Source of the DNA: Andalucia godoyi And28
Taxonomy: Eukaryota > Protista > Jakobida
Direction of reading: 5' to 3'
Assembly (NCBI GenBank): GCA_009859145.1
Contig: VRVR01000024.1
Coordinates: forward strand, 265,408-329,407
DNA: 64,000 bases
Under the pieces are notes generated by a model that had not been told where the DNA came from, did no database searches, and worked only from the letters and a program-made list of their open reading frames with translations. Both the position numbers and the translations under genes were made by a program. Positions 40,545 through 51,435 of this stretch are shown piece by piece. Every line of letters begins with the position of its first letter. Positions within the stretch are counted from its first letter, which is position 1.

Positions 40545-43100
40545 ATGTCGAGCCATCCAGAATACAAGGTGGAGTATTCTCCTTCTGGCCGTGCTGGATG
40601 CAAGAAATGCAAAGGATCCATTGGTGAGAACACCGTCAGGATCGCAAAGTATGTCAAGTCACCGTTTTTTGACGGAATGATGCCATTGTGGCATCATCTG
40701 AGATGTGCAAAGATTTCCAAGACATTCAAGGATCTGAAGAGCGTGTCCCAGATTTCGGGGTTGGATTCCATCAAATTGGAAGATCAGATTCGTATTCAAA
40801 AATGGCTCGATCCTGCATCTGCCGCCATGGACCCCATTTCGGATGTTCTCGGCAAGGAGGAAGATGCCGCTGATAACAATAATAGCACTGGTCGTGGTGA
40901 TGACGACGACGGCGACGACGGTGATGAGGACGGAAACGTGAAGACCCGTTCCAAACAACCTCTGGGGCGTACGAGGGCGCAGTCTCGAGCTTTGGAAGTA
41001 GTTCGGAACGAAGGTTCTTCGTCATCAACGACCCGATCGTCAAGAAAACGAGAAGCGTCTGCAGACGATCCGTTGAACCCGCGAAACACTTCTCTGTGGT
41101 CCGTGGTCGACGGAATTCCTGGTGATACCATCGAAGCCCAAAATAAGCTGTTCTTCTTCTACCATGACTTGCTGTACAAGAATATGGCATCCACAGCCAT
41201 GCGAGAATTGCTGGCACTGAATGATCAGTCTGTGCAAGGCGGTGAGCTGAAGCTTGCAGACCGAGTTGCAGATGGTCTGTGTTTCGGTGCCTTGGAGAGA
41301 TGCTCTGTTTGCATGTCAAATGAATGGTCTTATCGTGATGGGCTGTATCGTTGTCATGGGTTTGCTTCCGAGTTTGCGAGATGTGCAAACACCACAAGTT
41401 CCCCAGCGCGCCGCATGTTTGTCGTTCCGGACGATTTCAAGAAAGATTTCAATTTTCTTAAGAGTTATGTCCCCCATACTGCGCAGCGTTTGGCGTTTGC
41501 GAAGCCAGAGATTAATGACAATAGAACGCACGCTCCAAATCTCGAATCGGACGCTGCAGGATCTTCGTCGAAGCGGGTGAGGACGGCTGCTCCGCAGAGC
41601 GAGGCTGCGGAAGAAGAATCAGTTAATCGAGTTCAAGTCATTCGAAAGGGCATGGCGGCTGTGGACGCGCAATTCCCAGATCACCAACTGTATCATGTTC
41701 TCCAAGACTCGAAAGGCGTGTGGGAATGCACCTTGAGCGCAGTGGACATCAGTGTGGACATGAATTCGTTTTACATCATGCAGATTGTTACACCTGATCG
41801 ATCCCTGAAAGGCTCAAGAAACGAGTACTTTCTCTGGCGGCGATGGGGTCGCACAGGGACGAATCGGGGAGGCAGTACCTCGGCAAGATTCTGTTCGGTG
41901 GAAAAGTCCCATACAGCGTTTGAGAAATTGTTTTTTGAGAAAACGGGGAATGCATGGAACGGAGGCGATTTATCTGGGTTCAACAAACAGCCAGGCAGAT
42001 TCTTCCCACTTCCGCGAGCCATTGCAGAGACTGGCAGTGAGGATTGGATGAATCAGAACTCCAGCGTTATTGCTGGGACGAGAACGTCGCTTCCTCAACA
42101 GGTTCAAGAGCTCTTGCGAATGCTCTTCGATGTGGATACCATCCGTGCAACTATGCGATCTCTGGAGTATGATGCACACAAACTTCCTCTTGGGCAATTG
42201 ACAAGGTCGCAGCTCTCTGAAGCCAAGTCTGTTTTGCAGCAGATTGCACAGGCGCTGGAGAGTCAAACACACTCCCGTTCCACGTTAGTGGATCTCACAA
42301 ACCGTTTCTTCTCTTTTGTGCCGTCGCTTAATCCGGAATTGATTGACGCACCAGAACGGCTGCACACAATGGGGGACTTGATCGATTCGTTGTCAGAGGT
42401 CGAGGTGCTCGTTTCCATTTTGAAAGATGCAAAGAAAGACTTGCGCGAAGATGAAGACCCGCTGGACTACTATTTCCGGAAGCTTGGCGTGGACATCCAC
42501 CATGTACCAGCCGACAGCGACGAGTATGCGTTTGTGTCCAGCTATCTCGAAAACTCGCAGGGGGAAACACATGTCAAGGAGTACCGGATGTCACTGAAGG
42601 ACGTGTTTGCAATCAAGCGCCCTGTGGAGTATCAGGGCTTCATCCACTCGGATTCCGAAGTTCTGCTGTGGCACGGCTCGCGGTTGTGCAACTTTGTCGG
42701 CATTCTTTCGGATGGTCTGAAAATCGCTCCATCGAATGCCATTAAGACCGGAAGCATGTTTGGCGCTGGCATTTATTTTGCGGACTGCTCGACCAAGTCT
42801 GCCAATTACTCGCGACTTGACGTGTCCGATGAGAACCAAGGCCTCCTACTTCTGTGCAATGTATCCCTTGGCAAAGCAGCGGAGTTCACGAGTGCGCAAC
42901 CGCATCTCGTGACACCTCCTGATGCCAAGGACTCCGTCAAGGGACTCGGTACCTTTTCTCCTGTGCAGCCGTACGGGAAGTTGTCGAAAGCCAAGGGTCT
43001 CAAGTCGGATTTGCAGTACAACGAGTATATTGTATATGACGACAAGAGAGTGCAAATGAAGTATCTGGCTCGCGTCGAATTCTCTCGGAAGCGCCGATAG
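40545..43100 (+). CDS. Poly(ADP-ribose) polymerase, PARP1-like
   Basis: zf-PARP (EYSPSGRAGCKKC...WHHLRC), PADR1 (RVADGLCFGALERC), WGR (WRRWGRTG), regulatory domain, and catalytic LLWHGS, GIYFAD and YNEYIVY. Confidence 0.93.
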   Translation: MSSHPEYKVEYSPSGRAGCKKCKGSIGENTVRIAKYVKSPFFDGMMPLWHHLRCAKISKTFKDLKSVSQISGLDSIKLEDQIRIQKWLDPASAAMDPISDVLGKEEDAADNNNSTGRGDDDDGDDGDEDGNVKTRSKQPLGRTRAQSRALEVVRNEGSSSSTTRSSRKREASADDPLNPRNTSLWSVVDGIPGDTIEAQNKLFFFYHDLLYKNMASTAMRELLALNDQSVQGGELKLADRVADGLCFGALERCSVCMSNEWSYRDGLYRCHGFASEFARCANTTSSPARRMFVVPDDFKKDFNFLKSYVPHTAQRLAFAKPEINDNRTHAPNLESDAAGSSSKRVRTAAPQSEAAEEESVNRVQVIRKGMAAVDAQFPDHQLYHVLQDSKGVWECTLSAVDISVDMNSFYIMQIVTPDRSLKGSRNEYFLWRRWGRTGTNRGGSTSARFCSVEKSHTAFEKLFFEKTGNAWNGGDLSGFNKQPGRFFPLPRAIAETGSEDWMNQNSSVIAGTRTSLPQQVQELLRMLFDVDTIRATMRSLEYDAHKLPLGQLTRSQLSEAKSVLQQIAQALESQTHSRSTLVDLTNRFFSFVPSLNPELIDAPERLHTMGDLIDSLSEVEVLVSILKDAKKDLREDEDPLDYYFRKLGVDIHHVPADSDEYAFVSSYLENSQGETHVKEYRMSLKDVFAIKRPVEYQGFIHSDSEVLLWHGSRLCNFVGILSDGLKIAPSNAIKTGSMFGAGIYFADCSTKSANYSRLDVSDENQGLLLLCNVSLGKAAEFTSAQPHLVTPPDAKDSVKGLGTFSPVQPYGKLSKAKGLKSDLQYNEYIVYDDKRVQMKYLARVEFSRKRR

Positions 43101-43240
43101 CGTAGAGTAGACGGCCGGGGAGAAGGAGGTGGAAACAGAAAACGGACCAAAGGAGGGGAGGAAAAAAAAAAGAAAAAAAAAAAGAAGAGGAAGAAGGGAT
43201 TTTCGTCGCCCGAAGAAAGTGCAAGAAGGAAGCTATTCAC

Positions 43241-44038
43241 TCATGCGCTTTTGGATTCCAGGCGTTTTGGAAATATCTTCATAAACAGATACATGAATAC
43301 GAATAGCATCGTAACCGCGAGCAACACTCCCCAGGTAATACCGGTTTGTCGCCAGCCCTTTTTAGAGTGATCCCGGATGACCACGTTGTCCTTCTTGACC
43401 TTGTTGAGATTCCGATCCACCACATCTTCCAGCCGATCCAGTATCAAATCGTCCGTTTCCAAATGTCGGCTGATATCCCCGGACCGCCGAGCCAGCTCTT
43501 TTGTAAGATAACGAATGTCGCTCAGAAGTCTTTCTTGCTGCTCTCTCAATTCCTCGTCATCCGGGATCGCAACTGATGCCTTCCCTGTCGCAGTGGCCGC
43601 CTGTGCTTGGAATAGGAACCTTGACGCGGATTTCGCATCATTGGCAGCCACCGATGACGACGACGCTGACGCTGACGCTGTTCCTGATGATGATGACCGC
43701 GATACCGTAGTCGAAGTCTGCATATCCCGGGCGTGATCCACGGACGATTGATCGTCTCGAACAAGCAGTTTTTCACTGAGCGAAACATCCAGTAAGCAAT
43801 GTACATTGACGGAACGATGCTTCTTGACGATGAGACTAAAGCTGTGCATGATTGCATCTCGCTGCTCGGACGGCGGAAGATCCTGCAGACGTCTCAGACA
43901 GATATTCGACAGCACCACGACATCATTCTCGGATTTCGACGAGCTCGCCGATTCGCATTTCTTTAGCATTCGAACATAGTCCAGCAAAAGAGGATCCTGT
44001 ACAACCTTTGATGTGACGGATGGCGTTGCCATTCTCAT
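43241..44038 (-). CDS. USE1: Qc-SNARE Use1
   Basis: N-terminal LDYVRMLKKCE, SNARE motif ...LETDDLILDRLEDVVDRNLNKVKK, C-terminal TM ending MKIFPK. Confidence 0.8.
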   Translation of the reverse strand: MRMATPSVTSKVVQDPLLLDYVRMLKKCESASSSKSENDVVVLSNICLRRLQDLPPSEQRDAIMHSFSLIVKKHRSVNVHCLLDVSLSEKLLVRDDQSSVDHARDMQTSTTVSRSSSSGTASASASSSSVAANDAKSASRFLFQAQAATATGKASVAIPDDEELREQQERLLSDIRYLTKELARRSGDISRHLETDDLILDRLEDVVDRNLNKVKKDNVVIRDHSKKGWRQTGITWGVLLAVTMLFVFMYLFMKIFPKRLESKSA

Positions 44039-44456
44039 TTCCGGAAATTCCGATCCACAACACTGAATGAATGCATCCGCGCCTTTGTCTGAAGCATCCA
44101 GAAAAGCACTGCATTTCCCCAAAGCCTTTTTACTTTTTCTCCTTCCTGTTTCTGTCCCCCAGTTGAGATTTGAAAACGCTGTCTACAGTTGCTGAAGTTG
44201 GTGAGAGGAAGGCTCGTGCTTTTCGAAAGAAATAGAAAATGGAAGCTTCAAGTTTGCACAAGGGTTCTCTTTTCTTCTTGTGTGGCATTCTTTTGGGCTC
44301 CACAGGGTTTTCGTTTCTTTATTCATTTATTTATACGCTTTTTTCAGTTTTTTTTTTCCCCTTCAGTTTTCTTTCACTTTGATATTATTCGTTTTTTGTT
44401 CTGGGCAGTTTGGAACATCGTTTTTACAATCGGCTCTGTGTGATTTCGCTTTGAAA

Positions 44457-47159
44457 ATGCTGACTCGTGTGTTTCGACGGTCCAGTACGATCGTTCGACA
44501 CCTGTCAACAGCCTTCAAGCCTGCGCGTTCTGGCTTTCTTCCTCCATTGACGTCTGAGATTCCACTGTGGGCTGCTGCAAAGCGTCGTGGCGGCGGCGGC
44601 GGAGGAGGCGCATCATCAGGTGGCCGCGGTGGTCGTGGAGGGAATCCGTCGAACAACGACGATGGAAACGATGACGGCGAATATGTGTCGATTGATTCTG
44701 CAGCAGAGCATGAGCAAGGAAAGGAAGACGGCGACAAGAATGCAGTTGTGCCGCACACATTCACGGTTCCCAATGAAGTGTTTGTGATTCCGATGTACCG
44801 ACGGCCGATTTTCCCAGGAATTGTGATTCCTATTGTTATCCAGAACCAGGAATATTTGGATCAGATCCTGCATTTGCGAGATCGTGGGGAGAAGTTCGTG
44901 GGTGTTTTCATGGTCAAGCCGGAATTGGACAGCGGGCAGCAGTCAACAACGGATGGATCTGTGCCAAATGTAGATTCAATGGACCAGCTGTACTCGAAGG
45001 GTGTACTTGCAAGAATTCTTCGGATCATTCCCATCCGAAATGGCAGTGCGCAGGTGCTTCTGGCAGGTCACTGTCGAATCACCGCAGATGGACAGGCTCA
45101 GGCTTCGACAGATGCAGGCCTGCCTCACAAGAAATTGATTGCCAGAATTCGGCAAGTCAAGGACGAAACCTACGACCGCAACGACGTCTCGGTGCAGGCG
45201 TACACCCAGGAGATCTACTCCACCATCAAAGAGATTTTAAAGATGAATCCGTTCTTCAAGGAGCAGCTACAGGCACTGATGGAGCAAATTGACATATCCA
45301 ATCCTGCAGAATTAGCGGATTTGGGAGCCGCTCTCACTACATCGGATCCCCGATTGCTGCAGGAGTGCATTGAGACTTCAAGTGTTCCTGAGCGTCTCAG
45401 CAAGACGTTGCTGCTGTTGCGATCAGAACTGGACATCAGCAGGTTCCAGCAGAAGGTTAGTCGCGACATTGAAGAAAAGGTCACAAAATCGCAAAGAAAA
45501 CAGTTTTTGATGCAGCAACTCACCGCGATCAAGAAGGAACTTGGTTTAGAGAAGGACGAAAAGGAAGCTTTGTTGAAGAAGTTCCGACAGCGGATTGAAG
45601 CGCTTGTCCTTCCTGAACACGCAAAAAAGGTGATTGATGAGGAAATGGTCAAACTGGAGACAATTGAATCCTCTTCTTCCGAGTTCAATCTATCACGGAA
45701 TTATCTTGATTGGCTGACGCTGCTGCCGTGGGGCAAGTTCTCAGAGGACAAACTGGACATTCGCCATGCGGAAGTTGTGCTGGATCAGGATCACTACGGC
45801 CTAGATGATGTGAAGGAGCGAATCAAGGAGTTTATTGGTGTCGGGATTCTCCGGGGGACGGTTCAGGGGAAGATTTTGTGTTTGGTGGGTCCTCCTGGAG
45901 TGGGAAAGACGTCTATTGGCAAATCTATTGCCCATTCTCTCGACAGGAAGTTTTTCCGATTTTCAGTCGGTGGCATGAGCGATGTCGCAGAGATCAAGGG
46001 GCACAGGAGAACGTACGTCGGAGCAATGCCTGGCAAGCTGTTGCAGGCCATGAAGAATGTCCAAACTTCGAATCCCGTCATTATGATTGACGAAATTGAC
46101 AAGCTTGGAAAGGGATATCAAGGCGATCCAGCTTCTGCTCTGCTGGAGGTGCTTGATCCCGAACAGAACGGATCGTTCTTAGACCATTACCTGGACGTCA
46201 GTTTTGATCTTTCTCGAGTGCTCTTTGTGTGCACTGCGAACAGTCTGGATACGATCCCAAAACCGCTTCTCGATCGCATGGAAGTAATTCGTCTGTCGGG
46301 GTACGTATTGGAAGAAAAGCTAGCGATCGCTCAACGATACCTTGTTCCGCAGTCAGTGAAAGACAATGGATTGGAAGGGAAAAATGTCAAGATCACGGAT
46401 GCTGCAATGACGGAGTTGATTCGCTTCTATTGCCGAGAAGCAGGGGTCCGAAATCTCCAAAAGCAGGTTGAAAAGATTTTTAGAAAAGCTGCATACAAGA
46501 TCGTTAAACAGGAAGTTCCGGAAACCGGACTCGAGATCACTGCCGACACGCTCAAAGAATATGTTGGAAAGCCCGTTTTTTCTTCGGATCGCTACTATGA
46601 CGAGCCGCCAGTAGGCGTTGCGATGGGATTGGCATGGACGGAGCTTGGTGGTCAAACGCTTTACATTGAATGCACATCTGTACCGGAGCTGAAATCAGAA
46701 GCTGGGACGCTGCGTTGCACAGGTCAAATGGGTGACGTAATGAAGGAATCCTCGACGATTGCGTACACGTATGCCAAGCGGTTCCTGCGTGACGCGGACC
46801 CGCAAAACGAGTTTCTCCAGAGGACTTCTATCCACATGCATATCCCCGAAGGTGCTACTCCGAAGGACGGGCCGTCCGCCGGTATCACCATGACATGTGC
46901 TATTCTTTCATTGGCAATGAACAAGCCGCTCCGCAACAATGTTTCGATGACTGGAGAGCTGACGCTCACTGGAAAGGTTCTTCCGATTGGAGGTGTCAAG
47001 GAGAAGACAATTGCTGCCAAGCGATCCATGATTACCGAAATTGTATTTCCGAAGGCAAATCAGAAGGATTGGGACGAGCTTCCATCGTATATCAAGGACG
47101 GAGTTACGCCTCATTTTGTGGACACGTTCCAGGACGTGTACAAAGTTGCCTTTCCGTGA
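44457..47159 (+). CDS. LONP1: Mitochondrial Lon protease
   Basis: Arg/Ser-rich presequence MLTRVFRRSS, LON N domain, Walker A GPPGVGKT, RRTYVGAMPG, catalytic PKDGPSAG and PIGGVKEK. Confidence 0.95.
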   Translation: MLTRVFRRSSTIVRHLSTAFKPARSGFLPPLTSEIPLWAAAKRRGGGGGGGASSGGRGGRGGNPSNNDDGNDDGEYVSIDSAAEHEQGKEDGDKNAVVPHTFTVPNEVFVIPMYRRPIFPGIVIPIVIQNQEYLDQILHLRDRGEKFVGVFMVKPELDSGQQSTTDGSVPNVDSMDQLYSKGVLARILRIIPIRNGSAQVLLAGHCRITADGQAQASTDAGLPHKKLIARIRQVKDETYDRNDVSVQAYTQEIYSTIKEILKMNPFFKEQLQALMEQIDISNPAELADLGAALTTSDPRLLQECIETSSVPERLSKTLLLLRSELDISRFQQKVSRDIEEKVTKSQRKQFLMQQLTAIKKELGLEKDEKEALLKKFRQRIEALVLPEHAKKVIDEEMVKLETIESSSSEFNLSRNYLDWLTLLPWGKFSEDKLDIRHAEVVLDQDHYGLDDVKERIKEFIGVGILRGTVQGKILCLVGPPGVGKTSIGKSIAHSLDRKFFRFSVGGMSDVAEIKGHRRTYVGAMPGKLLQAMKNVQTSNPVIMIDEIDKLGKGYQGDPASALLEVLDPEQNGSFLDHYLDVSFDLSRVLFVCTANSLDTIPKPLLDRMEVIRLSGYVLEEKLAIAQRYLVPQSVKDNGLEGKNVKITDAAMTELIRFYCREAGVRNLQKQVEKIFRKAAYKIVKQEVPETGLEITADTLKEYVGKPVFSSDRYYDEPPVGVAMGLAWTELGGQTLYIECTSVPELKSEAGTLRCTGQMGDVMKESSTIAYTYAKRFLRDADPQNEFLQRTSIHMHIPEGATPKDGPSAGITMTCAILSLAMNKPLRNNVSMTGELTLTGKVLPIGGVKEKTIAAKRSMITEIVFPKANQKDWDELPSYIKDGVTPHFVDTFQDVYKVAFP

Positions 47160-47299
47160 TGCCCGCATACTTGGCTGGAACCAAAACAAGCCAAAGAATG
47201 CAGAAAAAAGACGCGCCGCAGTAAACTGTAGAAGAAGAAGGGAATTAAAAGGAGAGGGTGGGAAAACGCAGACTGTTTGAAAAGACACGCTACGAATGC

Positions 47300-48505
47300 C
47301 TAGCCGTTTAGCGCGTCCAAAATATCTTGAATTTCGTCCTCAATCTTCTTTTGGCTTGATCGAAGATCTCGTGGAAAACCAGGGGACTGCGCGACGCTGG
47401 TTTTCTTCACCGGAGACTCGTTGTATCTCTTTTCCAAAAAAGCATCCTTGTCCAGCAGCGACATTAAATCTACCAGCTCTTCGTCAACAACTACCTTGTC
47501 GTTTGCGTCTGGCGATTGTTGGAACACATGCATGTTCGTGCGCACCGGACTGGCGAATTCAACATCGGATTTTGATACTGGAGAGTATTCCAGAGAGTTG
47601 TTTCGATTTTCGGAATCTGCAATGATCGACGCGTGCAATGATCCTGGTGCCTGCGATTGTTGCTTCTGTGGACTTGAATCCAAATACTTGTCGAGCATGG
47701 ACCGCCAGTCTCGAGTGCCCGTTGCCGGGTTCTCTTCAAAAGCCAGGTTTCGTCTTGCTTGTACTTGTGGAGCGGGCTGCATGGTACCGGAGCTGCAGCT
47801 GAAGTTGGAGCTGGAACCGGAGAAGTGGCTTGCGGCTGGCTGACGGGGTCTGGAGGATTCCACGACGGTCGCAATTGCTGTAGGTTGTTGTTCGTCCAGT
47901 TCTCTAGTCCTTGGGTGGTCAAGGACCGGCAGGACACTCTGCGAGCTCGTCGCGGAGACGCTGGCATTGGAAGCTGATGAGTTGGTGGTTGATCCAAGCA
48001 AGATTTGTCTAGTCTTTTCTCTTGCAAGTTCCAATACTCGATAATGATGGCGATCCTTGTCCAACTCTGCTTCCACTTCTGCAAGCCGAGACAGGCATTT
48101 CGAGTGTTCCATTTGCAGATTTTGAAGTAGTTGTTGCGTGCTAGACAAGTGTGCAGTCAGCGTAAGTTTCTCTTCGTAAAGTGTCTCTGTGTGCGACAGC
48201 AGCTCTTCTACTCGTCCCTGGTACGTCTTGACAAGTCGCACGGCCTCTTGGAACTTTTCTTTTTGCGAGTCGATTTCTTTTTTGCGAGTTTCCAATTCCA
48301 AACTTGCCTGCTCTTGCATCCGAAGCATCTCTGTACGCATGGACTCTCGTTCAGCGTCCCAGAATGATTTGTCAGACGCGTGCTTCTGCACCAGTTGCTG
48401 GTTTTCGCGAACCGTTTCGCTCAGCTTCACCAACAAATCAGCGACTAGCTTCTTCGCGTCTTTCGGAAGGCTGCGAAGCGCTGAGTGTGTCGCGTCAACC
48501 GACAT
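47300..48505 (-). CDS. Coiled-coil protein, N-terminus weakly hinderin/KIAA1328-like
   Basis: ORF from MSVDATH. LRSLPKDAKKLVADLLVKLS helix and an extended coiled coil. The family suggestion is tentative. Confidence 0.6.
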   Translation of the reverse strand: MSVDATHSALRSLPKDAKKLVADLLVKLSETVRENQQLVQKHASDKSFWDAERESMRTEMLRMQEQASLELETRKKEIDSQKEKFQEAVRLVKTYQGRVEELLSHTETLYEEKLTLTAHLSSTQQLLQNLQMEHSKCLSRLAEVEAELDKDRHHYRVLELAREKTRQILLGSTTNSSASNASVSATSSQSVLPVLDHPRTRELDEQQPTAIATVVESSRPRQPAASHFSGSSSNFSCSSGTMQPAPQVQARRNLAFEENPATGTRDWRSMLDKYLDSSPQKQQSQAPGSLHASIIADSENRNNSLEYSPVSKSDVEFASPVRTNMHVFQQSPDANDKVVVDEELVDLMSLLDKDAFLEKRYNESPVKKTSVAQSPGFPRDLRSSQKKIEDEIQDILDALNG

Positions 48506-48540
48506 CTTCCTGCTGTATGTGTCCTCACCAGGCTCTTTTG

Positions 48541-48573
<33 letters not shown>

Positions 48574-48946
48574 TGCGTGTGTGTAAAAAAAGAAACGATG
48601 CGGAAACACAGTCCAATGCTGCACCCCTTTTTTTGGGTTATTTTTTGGGTTTTATTTTATCATTAATTTAATTTGTTTTTGTTTTGGCGGCGTTGCCTCG
48701 CACGAGAAAAGCGGGAAAGTTTTTTCTTTTTTGACTTTCCTTGTGCATGATTGCATCAAGTGATTCTGAATTTTCGTTTTCCATCGTCGCCAAACAGAGA
48801 ACACCCATCCTTTCATTCTTTTATCCTCTTGTTGTGCTTGTTGTGCTTGTGTTTGCTGTGGCTGCTTCTCATCCGACGGCCACCACATCCCGTCACTCTG
48901 TCTGTGTGTCTCCCCCTTTCTTTTTCATCACTGTCATCACTTTGGA

Positions 48947-49258
48947 ATGTCTGCAGCTGCACGACCGCAACGACAAGGCGTTTTTCAGTTTGAACCGTAT
49001 TTGGACCAAAAAGTGAGTGTAAAGCTGAATGGAGGACGAGAGCTTGTTGGAACCTTGCGCGGATTTGATACTCAACAAAATTTGATCCTGGAAGGAGCGC
49101 TAGAGTACATTCGATCCGCAGATGACGTATACTCGCGATTTGCTCCTCCAAAGACAAGATCACTTGGAGTCGCCATTATCCGAGGTCCTCAGATCGTGCG
49201 GTTTTGCCCCGACGAAGGATTCCAGCAATTAGAAAGCCCTCTTGGAAAGGCAGAGTAG
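48947..49258 (+). CDS. LSM7: U6 snRNA-associated Sm-like protein LSm7
   Basis: YLDQKVSVKLNGGRELVGTLRGFDTQQNLIL...TRSLGVAIIRGPQIVRFCPDEGFQQLESP. Confidence 0.85.
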   Translation: MSAAARPQRQGVFQFEPYLDQKVSVKLNGGRELVGTLRGFDTQQNLILEGALEYIRSADDVYSRFAPPKTRSLGVAIIRGPQIVRFCPDEGFQQLESPLGKAE

Positions 49259-49487
49259 TGCATAATAAAACGGATGTTCTGAAGAGAAAACGAAGAGGGA
49301 GAAGAAGAGATGAAACGAAACATTTTTTAAAAATCATTTATTATTATAATGATGATGATGATAGTTTTTGCATCATAAACAGACATTCCCCCCCCATTTC
49401 AGGATGTGGACATGCAGAAATGTTTTATTCCAACGGATCAAATTGTCATCATCAATACTACAGTAGAAGCGAATGAATCGTCCCCCA

Positions 49488-50981
49488 TCATAGCTTGCGA
49501 AGCCCGAGGAAGCCTTCGGCATCGTCTGCCTCGCCCGCAAAGGACACGGCAACCTTGCAGCGGGCCGGGAGAGCAAGAAAGTCAATCAGCGTGAGCCCCG
49601 CTATGTTACCAGCAGGATGCTGCTTTCCAGTGTCCGTGAGCCTGCCGGACGAATGGTGGACGACATATGACGCCGAGTTGACAGCAGAAAGCACTGGTTC
49701 GCCATTGACATGCAGCTGCAGCGTTGGTTTCCGTTTTGAATAGAACCCAAAAGTAACTTCATAAAGTCCCGCGGCCTCCACAAGGATGTTAACACGATCG
49801 GGATCCCATCGGAAGTTGTCTGGATCCGTGTTTGCAGACTGGATGTTCCAAGGCACGCCATGTCCCGATTTCAACTTGTGGCAAGTCCACAGCCATCGCC
49901 CAAGAGAAAGCTGAGAACAGAGAGCTTCGTTGATCACTGCCTGGTCCCGCAGTGCGCTCTGCAAATCAGACAGCGGCGCTTTGGACTCAACATCGCGAAT
50001 CAGTCTGTTGATGGCGGTATTAACCTCGTCCGCGTTGGCCTTTGTGTCCAGCATCGTGGAGACATCCTTGATGTCTGCCTTGAGGACGAGCTCGCGTTTC
50101 AATTCTGTCGACTCTTCCAATCCATGCGAGGCCAAGGATTTGCTGCTGCTGGACGGCTTGCGGTGCGACGGGGCCGAAGCGGAAATGCTGGAATGAAGCG
50201 TTGCGGTTTGGCTGAGAGCATTCTCCGCACGGTCGAGCGCTGAGGAAACTGCTTCATGAAGAGCTCGCTTGTCATGCTCCACCGCAACGATGCGCTCCAA
50301 ATCCGTCTTGTAGCGGGACATTGACTCGGACAGAAATTCAATCTTAGACTCGCAGTCGGAAATCAGAGTTCGCAATGTTTGCATGTCGAAAAAATTGGCC
50401 TTCTTTTCGAGAGCCTGGACAAGAGACTTTTCCGTGACGGCAGCAGCAGCATGTCGTTTGAGCTTGGAATTTTCATTTTCGAGCTTTTCGATGCGCTCAA
50501 TGCAAGCAGCGAGTTGCTGTTCTACGACTCTTTGCGAATCATTGTTGCGCAAACGCGAAAGCAACGACGTCTCGACAGCGGAAATATCTTCCTTTGTGGA
50601 ATACGAAGTAGCCACGAGCTTCGAAAGTGCTGAAATTCTGTCGTGGATTGACGCAAGGGATTCATCGAGATGTGCACGAGATGATCTGTCTGCATTTGCA
50701 TGCGCTCGCTCCAAGTCACGAAGCCGACTCGAGGTTTCCTGAACCAGTTCAAAGAGAACTCGCAGGGAGTTACGAACCACATCCTGGATGTTGCGCCATT
50801 CCGAGGTTGTTCCGCAAACATCATCGAAACTCAGTCCGTCAATATCCCGATTATTATGTGACATTGCATTGCTGACACTCACATTTCCAGCACCGTTGCC
50901 GTTCGAGTGCCCAGCACCAGCGATTGAATTGTGTGCATCGCGTGACCCTGAATAAAAGGAAGACATCATCGAGCGGTCCAT
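49488..50981 (-). CDS. Coiled-coil protein with C-terminal C1q-like beta-sandwich
   Basis: LDTKANADEV repeats, then GRWLW...VPWNIQSANTDPDNFRW...AGLYEVTFGFY...NGEPVL...FLALPARCKVAV. Confidence 0.75.
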   Translation of the reverse strand: MDRSMMSSFYSGSRDAHNSIAGAGHSNGNGAGNVSVSNAMSHNNRDIDGLSFDDVCGTTSEWRNIQDVVRNSLRVLFELVQETSSRLRDLERAHANADRSSRAHLDESLASIHDRISALSKLVATSYSTKEDISAVETSLLSRLRNNDSQRVVEQQLAACIERIEKLENENSKLKRHAAAAVTEKSLVQALEKKANFFDMQTLRTLISDCESKIEFLSESMSRYKTDLERIVAVEHDKRALHEAVSSALDRAENALSQTATLHSSISASAPSHRKPSSSSKSLASHGLEESTELKRELVLKADIKDVSTMLDTKANADEVNTAINRLIRDVESKAPLSDLQSALRDQAVINEALCSQLSLGRWLWTCHKLKSGHGVPWNIQSANTDPDNFRWDPDRVNILVEAAGLYEVTFGFYSKRKPTLQLHVNGEPVLSAVNSASYVVHHSSGRLTDTGKQHPAGNIAGLTLIDFLALPARCKVAVSFAGEADDAEGFLGLRKL

Positions 50982-51435
50982 TCAACTCCAATGCCCAGAA
51001 TAAAAAGACCCCACACCACGCAATAATAGCAGGGAGCAAGGGTGGATCTCTAGGTTTGGCAATTGTTCCAGCACGGATAACAGAACGAACAGGTGCACAG
51101 AAGAAACGAAACGAGGAGAAAAGAAAAACCCCAATGCCAGTGACAGCCAACCTGCCGCTCACACAAGGCCTCGGCGTCCGTGCACGGAAAAAAGAAAAAG
51201 AAAAAAAAAGGAAAAGCAAACAAACGAACTGTAGTTTCCCAGTTGAAGCTGTTTCCGTTACATTTTCATTTTTCCCACAAGGCAAATCTTATCGATTCCC
51301 GATTCCCTTCCATCCACTTCATTGATACACGCGTGTCTCGCATTGCTTCTGCATTTTTGTGGCGATATCTTCATATCCTTCTTCATTTTTCGTTGTGGTG
51401 TTCGTAGGTACGTATTTTTCTCCGGTCCACGGTGG